This document shows positions 8,619-19,043 of a stretch of DNA of 64,000 bases, piece by piece (position 1 is the first letter of the stretch; each line of letters opens with the position of its first letter). Source of the DNA: an uncultured Chitinophagaceae bacterium (lineage in GTDB: Bacteria; Bacteroidota; Bacteroidia; Chitinophagales; Chitinophagaceae); contig CAVSJA010000001.1 in the NCBI GenBank assembly GCA_963728145.1, positions 393,511 to 457,510 of the forward strand. Reading direction: 5' to 3'. The notes beneath the pieces are model-generated. The model worked only from the letters and a program-made list of their open reading frames with translations. It was not told where the DNA came from and ran no database searches. The translations under genes were made by a program, and so were the position numbers.

Positions 8619-10061
8619 ATGAAAAAGAAAAATCAAAATCGCTCGCGCCGCGAATTCATCCGGAATAGTTCTCTTGCGGCAGCAGGCTTTTTTATTGTAC
8701 CCAGGCATGTATTGGGAAGAGGGTATATTGCTCCCAGTGATAAACTGAATATCGCTGGTATTGGAGCTGGCGGAAAAGGTGAAAGCGATCTGTCCGAATT
8801 TGCAAAAAGTCCGAAAGCAAATATTGTTGCGTTAGTTGATGTGGATGATCGCCAGGCCAAAGGTTCGGTGAAACGTTTTCCGAAGGCTAAATACTACAAA
8901 GACTTCAGGGAAATGCTGGAAAAGGAAAAGAACAATATCGATGCCTGTTCAGTTTCTACTCCGGATAACACACATGCCGTTGCAACAATTGCGGCAATGT
9001 CATTGGGCAAGCACGTGTATATTCAAAAGCCACTGACACATGATATCTATGAAGCAAGAGCATTGACCAAAGCTGCGAAAAAATATAAGGTCGTTACGCA
9101 AATGGGTAACCAGGGTGGATCAGGAGATGGTGTGAGGCGTACAAAGGAAATGATTGATGCAGGTTTGATCGGTGATGTGTATTCAGTTGAATCATGGACC
9201 AACCGTCCTGTATGGCCACAGGGATTCCAACGCCCAACCGGTCAATTTGATGTTCCTACGGAACTTAATTGGGATCTTTGGCTTGGACCTGCTAAGAAGA
9301 TCGATTATAATCCTGCATACTTGCCCTTCAACTGGCGCGGATGGTGGGCATTTGGTACAGGTGCATTGGGTGATATGGCCTGTCATATCATGGACCCCGT
9401 TTTCCGTTGCTTGCCGATTGATTACCCAACTGATGTTGAATGCAGCGTTGCAACCATCTGGAAAGAAATGTGGAATGATACGGCGAATCCCGATAGCTGT
9501 CCTCCTTCATCCATCATTCACCTCACTTATCCCAGGAAAGATGGAAAGGGAAATATCAAAGTTAGTTGGATGGATGGCGGATTATTACCGCAACGCCCAG
9601 ATGAATTATTGCCGGGAGAAGCATTTGGAAACTGGGATGGTGGTGTACTCTTCATCGGCACCAAGGGAAAATTGCTGGCCGATTGTTACGGTGCAAATCC
9701 AAGATTATTACCATCAAAGCTGATGAAAGAAGTAACGCTTCCTGAAAAAACAATGAATCGTGTTCCGGAAGGACACTATGTTCAATGGGTGAATGCATGT
9801 ATTGAAGGTTATGGCAAAGGCAAAACCAGTTCACCATTCGATTTCGCAGGACCATTTACAGAAAGCATCCTTATCGGCAACCTTGCAATCCGTAGCTTCC
9901 TGATGAAAAATCCGAAAGGAAAAGGTTGGGATGATAAATATCTCGGAAGAAAGCGCTTGTTGTGGGATGCAAAGAATATGAAGATTACCAATTTTGATGA
10001 AGCAAACCAGTTTGTGAAGAGAGATTACAGGGAAGGATGGACACTTGGAGGAGCGTTTTAA
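8619..10061 (+). CDS. TAT-exported Gfo/Idh/MocA family oxidoreductase (paralog 2)
   Basis: SRREFIRNSSLAAAGFF leader, IAGIGAGGKG, STPDNTH, QKPLTH. Alignable by eye with the upstream gene along its full length. Confidence 0.85.
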   Translation: MKKKNQNRSRREFIRNSSLAAAGFFIVPRHVLGRGYIAPSDKLNIAGIGAGGKGESDLSEFAKSPKANIVALVDVDDRQAKGSVKRFPKAKYYKDFREMLEKEKNNIDACSVSTPDNTHAVATIAAMSLGKHVYIQKPLTHDIYEARALTKAAKKYKVVTQMGNQGGSGDGVRRTKEMIDAGLIGDVYSVESWTNRPVWPQGFQRPTGQFDVPTELNWDLWLGPAKKIDYNPAYLPFNWRGWWAFGTGALGDMACHIMDPVFRCLPIDYPTDVECSVATIWKEMWNDTANPDSCPPSSIIHLTYPRKDGKGNIKVSWMDGGLLPQRPDELLPGEAFGNWDGGVLFIGTKGKLLADCYGANPRLLPSKLMKEVTLPEKTMNRVPEGHYVQWVNACIEGYGKGKTSSPFDFAGPFTESILIGNLAIRSFLMKNPKGKGWDDKYLGRKRLLWDAKNMKITNFDEANQFVKRDYREGWTLGGAF

Positions 10062-10062
10062 A

Positions 10063-10176
10063 AATAATCAATTATCAATAATCAATAATTAATAATCAAT
10101 AATTCTGAGTTCGTCAGTAATCCCGAATTTACGCATCTCAATTATTGATTATTAATTATTGATTATTAATTATTGG
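10063..10176. repeat. AATCAATAAT-word inverted repeat
   Basis: Left arm 10063-10104 and right arm 10139-10176 are complementary over about 30 nt (aatcaataattaataatcaataatt). Confidence 0.8.
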
Positions 10177-10195
10177 TTTTCAAATTTGGAATATT

Positions 10196-10233
10196 AAAAA
10201 AAATAAAAAGGGAAGCGGTTGCTTCCCTTTTTT
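10196..10233. terminator. bidirectional rho-independent terminator
   Basis: A-run, stem gggaagc/gcttccc with loop ggtt, then T-run. Lies between convergent genes. Confidence 0.8.
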
Positions 10234-10260
10234 GTCAAATCCATCAATCAACTCCAATAA

Positions 10261-10992
10261 TTAGTAATGCGGGTAGACGGATACTGTTCTTGTTGCGGAG
10301 TATCTGCCTCTGAATACAATACTATAGCTTCTTTTTTGAGTTAGCGTAAAGGCAAGTTTAAACAGGTCTACGTTCGTTCCCGTTGGACGGAAGTAGAATG
10401 TGTCCACAATCGAAGTTGCGTTATACCTGATAAATTCTGTTACGGTGGTCGGCGATATATTTGTCCAGATCCTGTCTTTCTTTGAAAACGAATACACATC
10501 CAGGTTAGGGATCGGTGTTGTGGAATATGCGAAGTTTCCAAACCTGATCATCGCAAATCCGGTATCCGCTGGTACCACCAGTTTATCTTCGACCAATTTT
10601 GCTTTGATCGATTTGGTGGAATCATACATGAATATGGTATAATTCCCTTGTGGCTTGAAATCGGAAGTAACTGAAATAGGAGTCTGCGGGCCGGTAGCCA
10701 ACGTATCCTTGATCATGATCGCATGCACGCCTGTGTATATATCAGCGTAATAATTGTTTGCAGGAAAGGCTCCACCATCAAGAAATGTTACCCCTGAAAC
10801 TGGTGTGCCATCTACATAAACATAATTGCGGTTAGTTCCAACGGCCGCATTGATCACTTTGATCTGGGATTTCGCGTTGCTTGGAAACTGTTCGTCTATT
10901 ACGGAATGAAACTTGGTTTCCTTTTCACAGGCAACCAGGATGAGAATTGTTCCCAACACTGAAGCAGAAACGATATATCTGAATAATTTCAT
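10261..10992 (-). CDS. lipoprotein, DUF4397-like, last gene of the SusC/SusD operon
   Basis: Lipobox LILVAC. The repeated pattern KVINAAVG..VYVDGTPVSG resembles DUF4397 (recalled from memory, not searched). Confidence 0.5.
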   Translation of the reverse strand: MKLFRYIVSASVLGTILILVACEKETKFHSVIDEQFPSNAKSQIKVINAAVGTNRNYVYVDGTPVSGVTFLDGGAFPANNYYADIYTGVHAIMIKDTLATGPQTPISVTSDFKPQGNYTIFMYDSTKSIKAKLVEDKLVVPADTGFAMIRFGNFAYSTTPIPNLDVYSFSKKDRIWTNISPTTVTEFIRYNATSIVDTFYFRPTGTNVDLFKLAFTLTQKRSYSIVFRGRYSATRTVSVYPHY

Positions 10993-11017
10993 AATGATTA
11001 TTTTTTCGGTTTACGGT

Positions 11018-12649
11018 TTATTTCTGGGAGAACCATTGTTCTTTGGTATGATAATCCAGGTCGAGCCCTCCCAATCTTTGCAGTTCTGCAATATTGTAGA
11101 GGTACTCTGAATTATATCTTGGCCTTGCCCGGTAAACCCATTTTAGATTATTATTCGTGAATAGATCTGTTCCGCTGGGTGGGAGGAAATCAACATACAC
11201 CTGGCGATCCCCACTTTCCTCAAAGTCCGTATAGTGGAATCTTCGCATGTCCGTCCAGGTTTCTATTGCTCCATAACCAAATAGTGCGAGGTATTTCTGA
11301 AGCATGATATGTGTCATTCTCAAACTATCGCCAGTTGCAGGAACTACTTTCGTGTTTGTAAGGAATGCCGTTTTTGCTGCTGGGGTCATCTGCAAGGCAG
11401 TTGGAACTGAAGCATTATAGTCTGTGGTCAACAGGTCCAGGCTCAGACTGATTCCCTGCCGATAAGCATTCAATGCATTGGTGCGATCACCTTTACGGTA
11501 ATAGGCTTCCGCTTTCATGAATTGAATTTCGCTTGCAGTGATGATCGGGAATGGCGCTCCATTTTTGAAAATATAACGTGCACCTGTATCAAGTGTCGCT
11601 GTTGTAGCGGCATATAATCCACCCCAGAAATTCTTAGGCTGATCTGCAGTTGCAAGACCGCTTGCTCCTCTGTTCGGTTTTATTCCTTTGTAAGTTCCAT
11701 TTGGATTGTCGCGAAGATAATAGTGAATACGTGGATCAACCACACCTGCAAACATTGGGTTCAAACCATTCATCAGATTGGTCACCCATTCGGTCTGGCG
11801 CAATGCGCCCATGTTCGCGCGGAAAGGACCAAAGAAGTTAGAAGTTCCGGTAATCCCAGTATTTGCAAATGTTGCCGTCACATTATCAGCATTTGTCTGC
11901 ATCGCCAGGTTGCAATAATGAATAACTGAATCTGGCTTATAGGTCGACTTATTCGAAAGCTGGTTGAAAGATCTTGCTAAAACCGCGTATACGAATTTCT
12001 TCCACTTCGCCCGGTCACCCTTATTCAGGTAAGCATCACCTTTATTCAAATTAGCCTGACTAACGCTATCCCCATCCATATTCAGGTATTCAAGCGCGAG
12101 CCTGCAAATAACGCGCATCGAATCATAAACGAATTCCTGGTCGTCATACTTGAACACAAGTTGTTCGGGACGAAATGCTTCTTTCATTATCACTTCTCCA
12201 TGCATATTGGTAAGCGAGAGCCAACCCCAGGCACGGATCGCATAGCCGACGCCGACATAATCCCATTTCTTCTCTTCCTTGCCCCAAAGGATCATTTTGT
12301 TGAGGTTTTCACCCTGGCCATAATAGTGCATTGCCCAGACGTTACCCAATAAATCGCTCACGCCGGTAGCACCACCCATTTGGTCAAATTGATTACCGGT
12401 AACATTGGTAGCCCAATATTGAATATAGCGGCCTACATATAGCGCATCATTACCGGTACCATAGCCGCTGCCCTGTGCCGAAGATGAACCAATCATGTTC
12501 CCGATTATACCGGGAAGTAGCGTCTCAATGGGAACCCTCACCTTCGCATTTGGGTTGGCATAAGCCTCATCGATCAACTTTTTACAGGAGCTCATCGAAA
12601 TAAGCGCCAGCCCACCGATTAATAAACTATAAGAAAGTATCTTTTTCAT
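11018..12649 (-). CDS. SusD/RagB family nutrient-binding outer membrane lipoprotein
   Basis: Lipobox SMSSC, size, position immediately downstream of SusC, TPR-like segment FMKAEAYYRKGD. Confidence 0.85.
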   Translation of the reverse strand: MKKILSYSLLIGGLALISMSSCKKLIDEAYANPNAKVRVPIETLLPGIIGNMIGSSSAQGSGYGTGNDALYVGRYIQYWATNVTGNQFDQMGGATGVSDLLGNVWAMHYYGQGENLNKMILWGKEEKKWDYVGVGYAIRAWGWLSLTNMHGEVIMKEAFRPEQLVFKYDDQEFVYDSMRVICRLALEYLNMDGDSVSQANLNKGDAYLNKGDRAKWKKFVYAVLARSFNQLSNKSTYKPDSVIHYCNLAMQTNADNVTATFANTGITGTSNFFGPFRANMGALRQTEWVTNLMNGLNPMFAGVVDPRIHYYLRDNPNGTYKGIKPNRGASGLATADQPKNFWGGLYAATTATLDTGARYIFKNGAPFPIITASEIQFMKAEAYYRKGDRTNALNAYRQGISLSLDLLTTDYNASVPTALQMTPAAKTAFLTNTKVVPATGDSLRMTHIMLQKYLALFGYGAIETWTDMRRFHYTDFEESGDRQVYVDFLPPSGTDLFTNNNLKWVYRARPRYNSEYLYNIAELQRLGGLDLDYHTKEQWFSQK

Positions 12650-12666
12650 CTTTACGATTTTTTGGG

Positions 12667-15600
12667 TTAAAATCCTGCGCGGATTCCTATGTTAATACTA
12701 ATTGGTGTTGCCAATGTTCCATAATCAAATCCATAACCGCCTACACCGCGGCTGCCTGCTGTGTTTCCATTAACGGCAGGATCAGCTCCATTGTAATTAG
12801 TGAAAAGCAGCAGGTCATTTCCGGTAACAAAGAACCCAAGTGTTTTTAGGTAGTTCATGTTTTTCATGAATCCGCTTCTCGGGAAGGTATAGCTCAAGGT
12901 GATATCCCTTAATCTCAACCAGTTCACATCTTTTTGTATATATGCTTCCTCAGGCATGTTCGTTGCCTGGTAGTATGCATCGTTCGCAACGAAAGCAGGA
13001 ACTACTGAAATAGTATTCCATGTTGGATTAGTCGTATTTTGTTTTCCATCCTGCAATACACCTGTAACTACGCGTGGAGTATTGCGGTTTGCAGTACGCT
13101 TACTTTTCCCAATAGTGGTAAGGAACATTTCATTGGCATTGAATACATCGCCACCAACTTTAAGATCCCAAAGGAAGCTTAGTTTCCAGTCCTTGTAACG
13201 GAATGTGTTTATTGTTCCCAGGGTAAAGTCAGGATTACGATCGCCCCGGACCCTAAACACAGCATCAATCACTGGCAACCCACTGGTAGGATTTATTAAT
13301 ATCGCTCCTGCGTTATTTCTCAAGTAACCGGCAGAAGTGATTGAAGTAGTTGGTCCACCCAGTACAAGGCCGCCTCTCGCGTTTGCGTAAAGCCAGGTAT
13401 CAGCTATATAGTATTCAGCCACATTTAAAGGAAGACTTGTAACTCTGTTCCACATGCGGTTCGCATTAAAGCGAATATTCCAACCGAAATCTTTTTTGTT
13501 CACGACCGTAGCATCAATGCTGACCTCGATGCCCTGGTTGCGAGTACTGGCTGCGTTTTGTGTATTCAAAACGAAACCTGTTGCATAGCTCAAGCGGAAG
13601 GCCTCGACAATCTGGCCCTTGGTTTGAGTATTGTAATAAGTAACATCGAAACCGACCTTGTTCTTGATAATTTTGAATTCAGCCCCTACTTCATAAGTGT
13701 TTTGAGTTTCTGGCGCAAGCGTAGGGCTATTGTTGAAGAAACCATAGGAGAATCCACCGCCACTTGCAAAGTTGTCAACAAACACAGATTGAGTAGAGTA
13801 TGGTGAATTCAAACGAGCCGTACCTGCAAGTGAGGTACGAAGTTTAAAATAATTTAGAAAGTCTCCATTCTTCAATCCCGGGAAGATATCGCTCACGATC
13901 ACACTAAAACTTGCTCCCATGTAATTATAATCCCGGTTAATCGAAGGTAGAGTAGATGCAGATTCAAATCGGTGACTATAATTCAGGAAGGCCAGGTTCT
14001 TGTAGCTGATACCAACTTCACCAAAATAAGCCGCCTGGCGTATGATCATTTTATTGAATTCACCAAAATTGTTGCGGAGCAAGCGTATCCTGGTATTAGG
14101 TGCGGAATTTCCACTATCAAACCTTTTAGGATCAGTCAGGTTATTTCCCTTTATAGCAAACATCTTAGTTTCATAATTCTGCCACATCTGACCCAGCATT
14201 ATTCTTCCGCTAAAATCACCCATTTGTTTTTTGGCTGTTGCAGTAATGGTGTGATTATATCCGCCGTAGCGTCTGTAAAAATTGTCCTGTTCACCATTCA
14301 AGGCAGCTGCTATATAGAATGATTTCGGATGATAGATCGTGTAGCCATCGGTGTTGTATGTATCATAACCAAACCTACCGGCAAGAGATAACCAATCCCA
14401 GGGATTGATATTGATACCGAGTGTTGCAGTAAGACGGTCAGTTACGTCACGACTCTTGTTATTATTTACGTTGAAGAGCGGATTATCGTAATCTGCATTG
14501 GGATTGGAACTAAACAATGGAAGCTTGTTCCCTGCGTCATCCTGGTATTTGCGGATATCGTTATTGTCCGGCCAGGCAAAGAGACTGAGCATATAGCCGC
14601 CGGCGCTTCTTAACACTTTATCGTTCTCAGTTCTTATGTAAGCCAGCGAAGGAATAACTTCGACTTTCTTTCCGATTTTGGTCGTATTTGAAAGACGGAA
14701 ATTGATTCTTTTGTAATCGTTGTTGGGCACAACTCCCGATTGATCGAAGAATGATCCTGAAAAACGGAATACAGAGTTCTTGAAGCCGAAATCTGCTCCC
14801 AGGTTATGTGTTTGTGAGAATCCTGTTTGAAAGAAATAATCCTTATTATCATAAAGCGGGGTGCCTGCGGGATGTTTGGGCCCAAAATAACGGAATAGGT
14901 TGGAAGGATTTCCCGCTGTTCCATTTTGATAAGTGTTGATCGTTTCCGGGAAACGAGTCACTTTCTGAAAGCGGAAGGCATTGTCATACTGAACAGCCAG
15001 CTTATTGCTCTTCGCTTTTTTAGTGATAATTACAATCGCACCTGAACTGGCCTGACTTCCATACAATGCAGTAGCTTCAGGCCCTTTCAATATTGTAATT
15101 GATTCGATATCGTTTGGGTTAAGGTCAGACATCCGATTTGAATAGTCATTATTCCTGTTTGGACGGTCTGACGCAAGTCCAACTCCCTGCCCACCACTTG
15201 AAGTTTCATTTACAGTGTTGTTATCCATGATCACTCCATCCACAACGAAAAGCGGTTCATTGCTTAACGAAAGTGAATTGAATCCTCTTAGTACAATGCT
15301 TGAGGAAGCTCCGGCAGTTCCTCCTGTTGGAGTAATAGTCAATCCGGCAACGCGGCCTTGCAAACTATTAATGAAATTCTCTCGCTGCGTTTCCTGAACT
15401 TCGGAACCCTTTACCTGTTGAGTTGAATATCCCAGTTCTCTTGGTTTCCTTTTCATGTCAAGGGCAACCACAACTTCTTCAAGCTCTTTGCCGGTAGATT
15501 CCAGGCGAACATCAAGTGATGCGTTGTTTGCAACTGTTAGCTGTCTCTGTCCAAATCCAACAAAAGAAATGTTGAGTACATCACCCGGTTTGGCGGGTAT

Positions 15601-15789
15601 TGTATATACTCCGTACGCGTTTGTTTGTACAGCGGCTTTTGTGCGCTGATTAGTGACCGTTGCTCCGGCCAGGGGAGTATTATCTTTCGAGTCTCTTACT
15701 ACTCCGGTTACATTTTTGTCCTGAGCAAACAGGAATGAACCGTTCAGCAGTAGAAAAACGGCGAAAAGAATGGGTCTAAATTTTCTCAT
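12667..15789 (-). CDS. SusC/RagA family TonB-linked outer membrane protein
   Basis: Signal peptide, carboxypeptidase-regulatory-like domain (VTGVVRDSKDNTPLAGATV), plug (ITILKGPEATALYGSQASSGAIVITTK), C-terminal aromatic residue. Confidence 0.9.
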   Translation of the reverse strand: MRKFRPILFAVFLLLNGSFLFAQDKNVTGVVRDSKDNTPLAGATVTNQRTKAAVQTNAYGVYTIPAKPGDVLNISFVGFGQRQLTVANNASLDVRLESTGKELEEVVVALDMKRKPRELGYSTQQVKGSEVQETQRENFINSLQGRVAGLTITPTGGTAGASSSIVLRGFNSLSLSNEPLFVVDGVIMDNNTVNETSSGGQGVGLASDRPNRNNDYSNRMSDLNPNDIESITILKGPEATALYGSQASSGAIVIITKKAKSNKLAVQYDNAFRFQKVTRFPETINTYQNGTAGNPSNLFRYFGPKHPAGTPLYDNKDYFFQTGFSQTHNLGADFGFKNSVFRFSGSFFDQSGVVPNNDYKRINFRLSNTTKIGKKVEVIPSLAYIRTENDKVLRSAGGYMLSLFAWPDNNDIRKYQDDAGNKLPLFSSNPNADYDNPLFNVNNNKSRDVTDRLTATLGININPWDWLSLAGRFGYDTYNTDGYTIYHPKSFYIAAALNGEQDNFYRRYGGYNHTITATAKKQMGDFSGRIMLGQMWQNYETKMFAIKGNNLTDPKRFDSGNSAPNTRIRLLRNNFGEFNKMIIRQAAYFGEVGISYKNLAFLNYSHRFESASTLPSINRDYNYMGASFSVIVSDIFPGLKNGDFLNYFKLRTSLAGTARLNSPYSTQSVFVDNFASGGGFSYGFFNNSPTLAPETQNTYEVGAEFKIIKNKVGFDVTYYNTQTKGQIVEAFRLSYATGFVLNTQNAASTRNQGIEVSIDATVVNKKDFGWNIRFNANRMWNRVTSLPLNVAEYYIADTWLYANARGGLVLGGPTTSITSAGYLRNNAGAILINPTSGLPVIDAVFRVRGDRNPDFTLGTINTFRYKDWKLSFLWDLKVGGDVFNANEMFLTTIGKSKRTANRNTPRVVTGVLQDGKQNTTNPTWNTISVVPAFVANDAYYQATNMPEEAYIQKDVNWLRLRDITLSYTFPRSGFMKNMNYLKTLGFFVTGNDLLLFTNYNGADPAVNGNTAGSRGVGGYGFDYGTLATPISINIGIRAGF

Positions 15790-15898
15790 ACTGTCTCGTT
15801 TTTAAGCAATTTTTTTTCAGACAATTGTTAGGCTAGGGCAATTACTAATTGGCTTTTGGAGGATATCTATTAAGAAATTTTCAAGGACAGGTAGTGAT

Positions 15899-16648
15899 CT
15901 ATAGTACGGTTATTCCTGCTTTTACGTAGGGTTCCAGCACAGGGTCATCAGGTGGCAATTCCGTGATGAGAATATCGATATCACGTATATCGCATACATG
16001 GATCGGTTGAAGCGAGTTGATCTTTTCCGCAATGGCCATGCAAATTACTTTTTGAGATGATTCGATCATTGCTTTTTTCAATTGAACCACATCCCAATCA
16101 TTATCGGTAATTCCGTGCGAAACATCAATCGCGTTTATTCCGAGGAAACAGAGGTCGGCTTTTATTTGCCGGATCTTTGAGATTGCTTCACCACCTACTG
16201 TGATCTTCGCATCCTTTGACACTTTATCACCAATAATGATCACATCAATAGTCGGATGATGCATGTATTCCAATATCGCCGGAATACTTCCGGAAATAAA
16301 TGTTGCTCTTAATTGGGGTGGGAGAGAACGGCCAAGTTCAATAATAGTAGTGCCTCCACTCGTTAAAACGAACATACCGTCCTGGATAAGCGAAGCTGCT
16401 TTCCGGGCGATTATTCTCTTTTCATCTTGTGAGTATACATTCCTGGAAGGATAGTTAACATCGCTGAAAGAATGAGATAGGGCGCCGCCATGAACTTTGA
16501 TCACTTTGCCTTCTTCTGCAAGTTCAACAAGATCCCTTCGTATCGTATCTTCCGACACATTGATCTCGCTTGATAAGCTTGAAGAAAGTACTTTATTATG
16601 CAGGTTGACCTGATGGAGAATATAGGCCTGCCGCTCCTTTTTAAGCAT
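15899..16648 (-). CDS. DeoR/GlpR family transcriptional regulator
   Basis: N-terminal HTH (VSEDTIRRDLVELAEEGKV) plus DeoR C-terminal sugar-binding domain. Confidence 0.9.
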   Translation of the reverse strand: MLKKERQAYILHQVNLHNKVLSSSLSSEINVSEDTIRRDLVELAEEGKVIKVHGGALSHSFSDVNYPSRNVYSQDEKRIIARKAASLIQDGMFVLTSGGTTIIELGRSLPPQLRATFISGSIPAILEYMHHPTIDVIIIGDKVSKDAKITVGGEAISKIRQIKADLCFLGINAIDVSHGITDNDWDVVQLKKAMIESSQKVICMAIAEKINSLQPIHVCDIRDIDILITELPPDDPVLEPYVKAGITVL

Positions 16649-16737
16649 TTGTTAGTCGGTTACAGCTACTAAATAAGGGAAAAAACCGCACAAAACCGCA
16701 AAAAGGCTTAAAAATTTATGCAGGAGTTCGCAAGAGT

Positions 16738-16800
16738 CAATGGGCAATAAGCAATAGGCAAGTCTGTTATTTGCCAATTGCCCATTGCCTATTGCCTATT
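16738..16800. repeat. heptamer-word hairpin (GGCAATN)n, second copy
   Basis: caatgggcaataagcaataggcaa (16738-16761) versus ttgccaattgcccattgcctattgcctatt (16771-16800). Overlaps the stop codon of the downstream minus-strand gene. Confidence 0.8.
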
Positions 16801-17254
16801 TGAAAGTGAATCTCACCGATAACGCAAAAGCATCCGGCACAAAGTTGACGGCGGGAATAATATCAAGTTCAGGCTTCCAGTCAATTGAAAGGTTGAGAGG
16901 AATATTGGTGAATTTATAATCAAGGCCGATGATGCCTGTTGGTCCAAAGAAGGTTTCGCTTGGTTCACTTTCAAATCCTAAATACGCACCTCCACCATAG
17001 AACCAACTCAATCCAGGTGTACTAAAGGGGCGATGGATCTCTAATAATCCACCAACGCCGAAGCGGCTTCCAAACGAAATGATTCCCTCGATAGCAGTAC
17101 GATCAGTCGCGAAATATTTTACGCTGACAGCATTATTGAGAGTGGGAGTCTGGTTACTTAACCTTACACCGGCAGCAAACCGGTAATCCTGTGCGCTAAC
17201 TGTAGATACTATAGCAAAAAAAATCACAGTAAGGATTATAAGAGTCCGTTTCAT
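16796..17254 (-). CDS. small outer-membrane beta-barrel-like protein (function unknown)
   Basis: Signal peptide ending SAQ, alternating beta-strand pattern, C-terminal F. Confidence 0.5.
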   Translation of the reverse strand: MKRTLIILTVIFFAIVSTVSAQDYRFAAGVRLSNQTPTLNNAVSVKYFATDRTAIEGIISFGSRFGVGGLLEIHRPFSTPGLSWFYGGGAYLGFESEPSETFFGPTGIIGLDYKFTNIPLNLSIDWKPELDIIPAVNFVPDAFALSVRFTFK

Positions 17255-17364
17255 AAAATCTATTTAATGGGTGAGAACGAAAATAGTGCCAGTGCTATTG
17301 ATTGATACTGTGTTAAAGTTGTTATAGAAATTATTTAACAAGAATTGTTAAAAACGATAACAGA

Positions 17365-19032
17365 TCAATCGCCAAACAATTCAAATTTTGATTTGGGTCG
17401 TTTGCTATCATGCCATTGAAAACCTCTAAGCTGTTTCTCTTCATCTGATAATTGCCTTACCGGATACATTGCACCTTTTACCTCACTAATAAAAACCACC
17501 TTCTTCAATTCCTTATTCTCGAATCGCATATCAATAATATCACCGCTTGCCTTGTTTACCCCGATCAGGAAACCTGCATCATCCTTCACATAGTATATGC
17601 TTTCAGCATTCCCTCTTGCACGCATATAGTCGATATCTCCATCCTTAAAATAGCCGTTGATCCTGTTTCCCCGGATCTGGTTGTACATGTCATTCTCCGC
17701 TTTATTGATCATTAATCCATTCTCAAATACAAAAAGACGGTCTGGTTTCTTATTCTTTGTGTATAAATAAATGGTATCACCCGTCACCTGGTTATCACTT
17801 GCCCATACAATCGGGTTAGTGAACAACTGAAACACGGAATCTTTTCCCGAATAAAATAAACTATCCGAAACTGCCTGAAGCGAATCAGAAAAGATCCGAA
17901 CATTATGCCATGCCCTGAAATACCGGTCGGCGCTATCGTTCTTTTCCTTGTTTGCGTCAATTGTGACTGTATTTCTGATCGTATCTTCTTTGAGTGTACT
18001 ATCTATTTTGAGTGTGCTGTCGATCTTGCTTGTGCTATCCATATATCGAGGTAAACGACTTAGTCTGCCAGAAAACAAAGTATCAGCAGTAATATATATG
18101 GAGTCATCTTCCTGCTTTATTATCATTAACGGATGCTGCGTCGCGAGAAATTCGCTCGTTTCTCGATTTGCCAGCATATAATTAGAAAGGATCATTACTC
18201 CTTCAGTTGAATCATGATAGACCGCATTTCCCTTCAATACATTAATTCCCGTACTATCATTAGTTTCGATTGTCTCAGCAGTAATTCGAACCGCTCCATC
18301 AATAATAATAGGACGCTTACTTAAATAAGCTCGTCGGTTACGAAGGTCATACCAACCTTCTTTTGTTTTTATTTTTCTTCCCGCACTATCGATAATAGTT
18401 GTTTCAGCAATGAAGGTTGCAATCTCTGTGCTTGTGTTGTAGATGAGCGAATCTGTTTCCAGCGTGTATTTTGGATCTTTCAATTTCACATTCTTCCTGA
18501 AATAAACGTCTTTCAGATCTGTATAATAAACTCCTTCCTTGCTCGTGAGAACTGATTCAGCATTCTCAACTCTTCCTCCGTTCTTGTATTCGCCAATTTT
18601 CGTATTCATGTCATAATTCAGCTCCTCGGTAAACAAAGTTGTTTTACCATCTGTGAGCCTTACTTTTTTTCGAAGGTTTGCAATTTTTGTGTCGACATGA
18701 TAGAGCAGGTATTGCGAATAGGTATGAACGGAATCATCATCATTGATATGATTATTCCCGAAAGCCTCAACGATTTTTTTCCGGTCGTTTAAGACAGCGC
18801 TGTCGCTATAAAAAAATGTGCTATCCTGTTTCAATTGCACATCCCCAACTAACAGCTGAAGCGCAGTAAGCGAATCAATTTGTTTAAAAGTATAACGGTC
18901 CATACGAATGATATCGACCCTTTTCATCGTATCTGCAGGCTGGGGCGGAGTAGAGGTTGGCGGTTTTACCTGCGCCGATAGTTGTACAAATGAAAACAAT
19001 AATGGTAAAAGGAAGAATAGAATTCTGTTCAT
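17365..19032 (-). CDS. OstA-like (LptA/LptD N-terminal-like) protein
   Basis: Signal peptide, repeated OstA-like beta-jellyroll pattern (GNAVYHDS, ITADTLFS), located next to MlaD and LptD-like genes. Confidence 0.55.
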   Translation of the reverse strand: MNRILFFLLPLLFSFVQLSAQVKPPTSTPPQPADTMKRVDIIRMDRYTFKQIDSLTALQLLVGDVQLKQDSTFFYSDSAVLNDRKKIVEAFGNNHINDDDSVHTYSQYLLYHVDTKIANLRKKVRLTDGKTTLFTEELNYDMNTKIGEYKNGGRVENAESVLTSKEGVYYTDLKDVYFRKNVKLKDPKYTLETDSLIYNTSTEIATFIAETTIIDSAGRKIKTKEGWYDLRNRRAYLSKRPIIIDGAVRITAETIETNDSTGINVLKGNAVYHDSTEGVMILSNYMLANRETSEFLATQHPLMIIKQEDDSIYITADTLFSGRLSRLPRYMDSTSKIDSTLKIDSTLKEDTIRNTVTIDANKEKNDSADRYFRAWHNVRIFSDSLQAVSDSLFYSGKDSVFQLFTNPIVWASDNQVTGDTIYLYTKNKKPDRLFVFENGLMINKAENDMYNQIRGNRINGYFKDGDIDYMRARGNAESIYYVKDDAGFLIGVNKASGDIIDMRFENKELKKVVFISEVKGAMYPVRQLSDEEKQLRGFQWHDSKRPKSKFELFGD

Positions 19033-19043
19033 TATAAGCTACC

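Noticed and set aside
7099-10061. Calling the two Gfo/Idh/MocA proteins GH109 alpha-N-acetylgalactosaminidases
   Set aside because: They share only the general fold features and the TAT leader. I cannot verify GH109-specific residues without an alignment, so the family-level name is kept.
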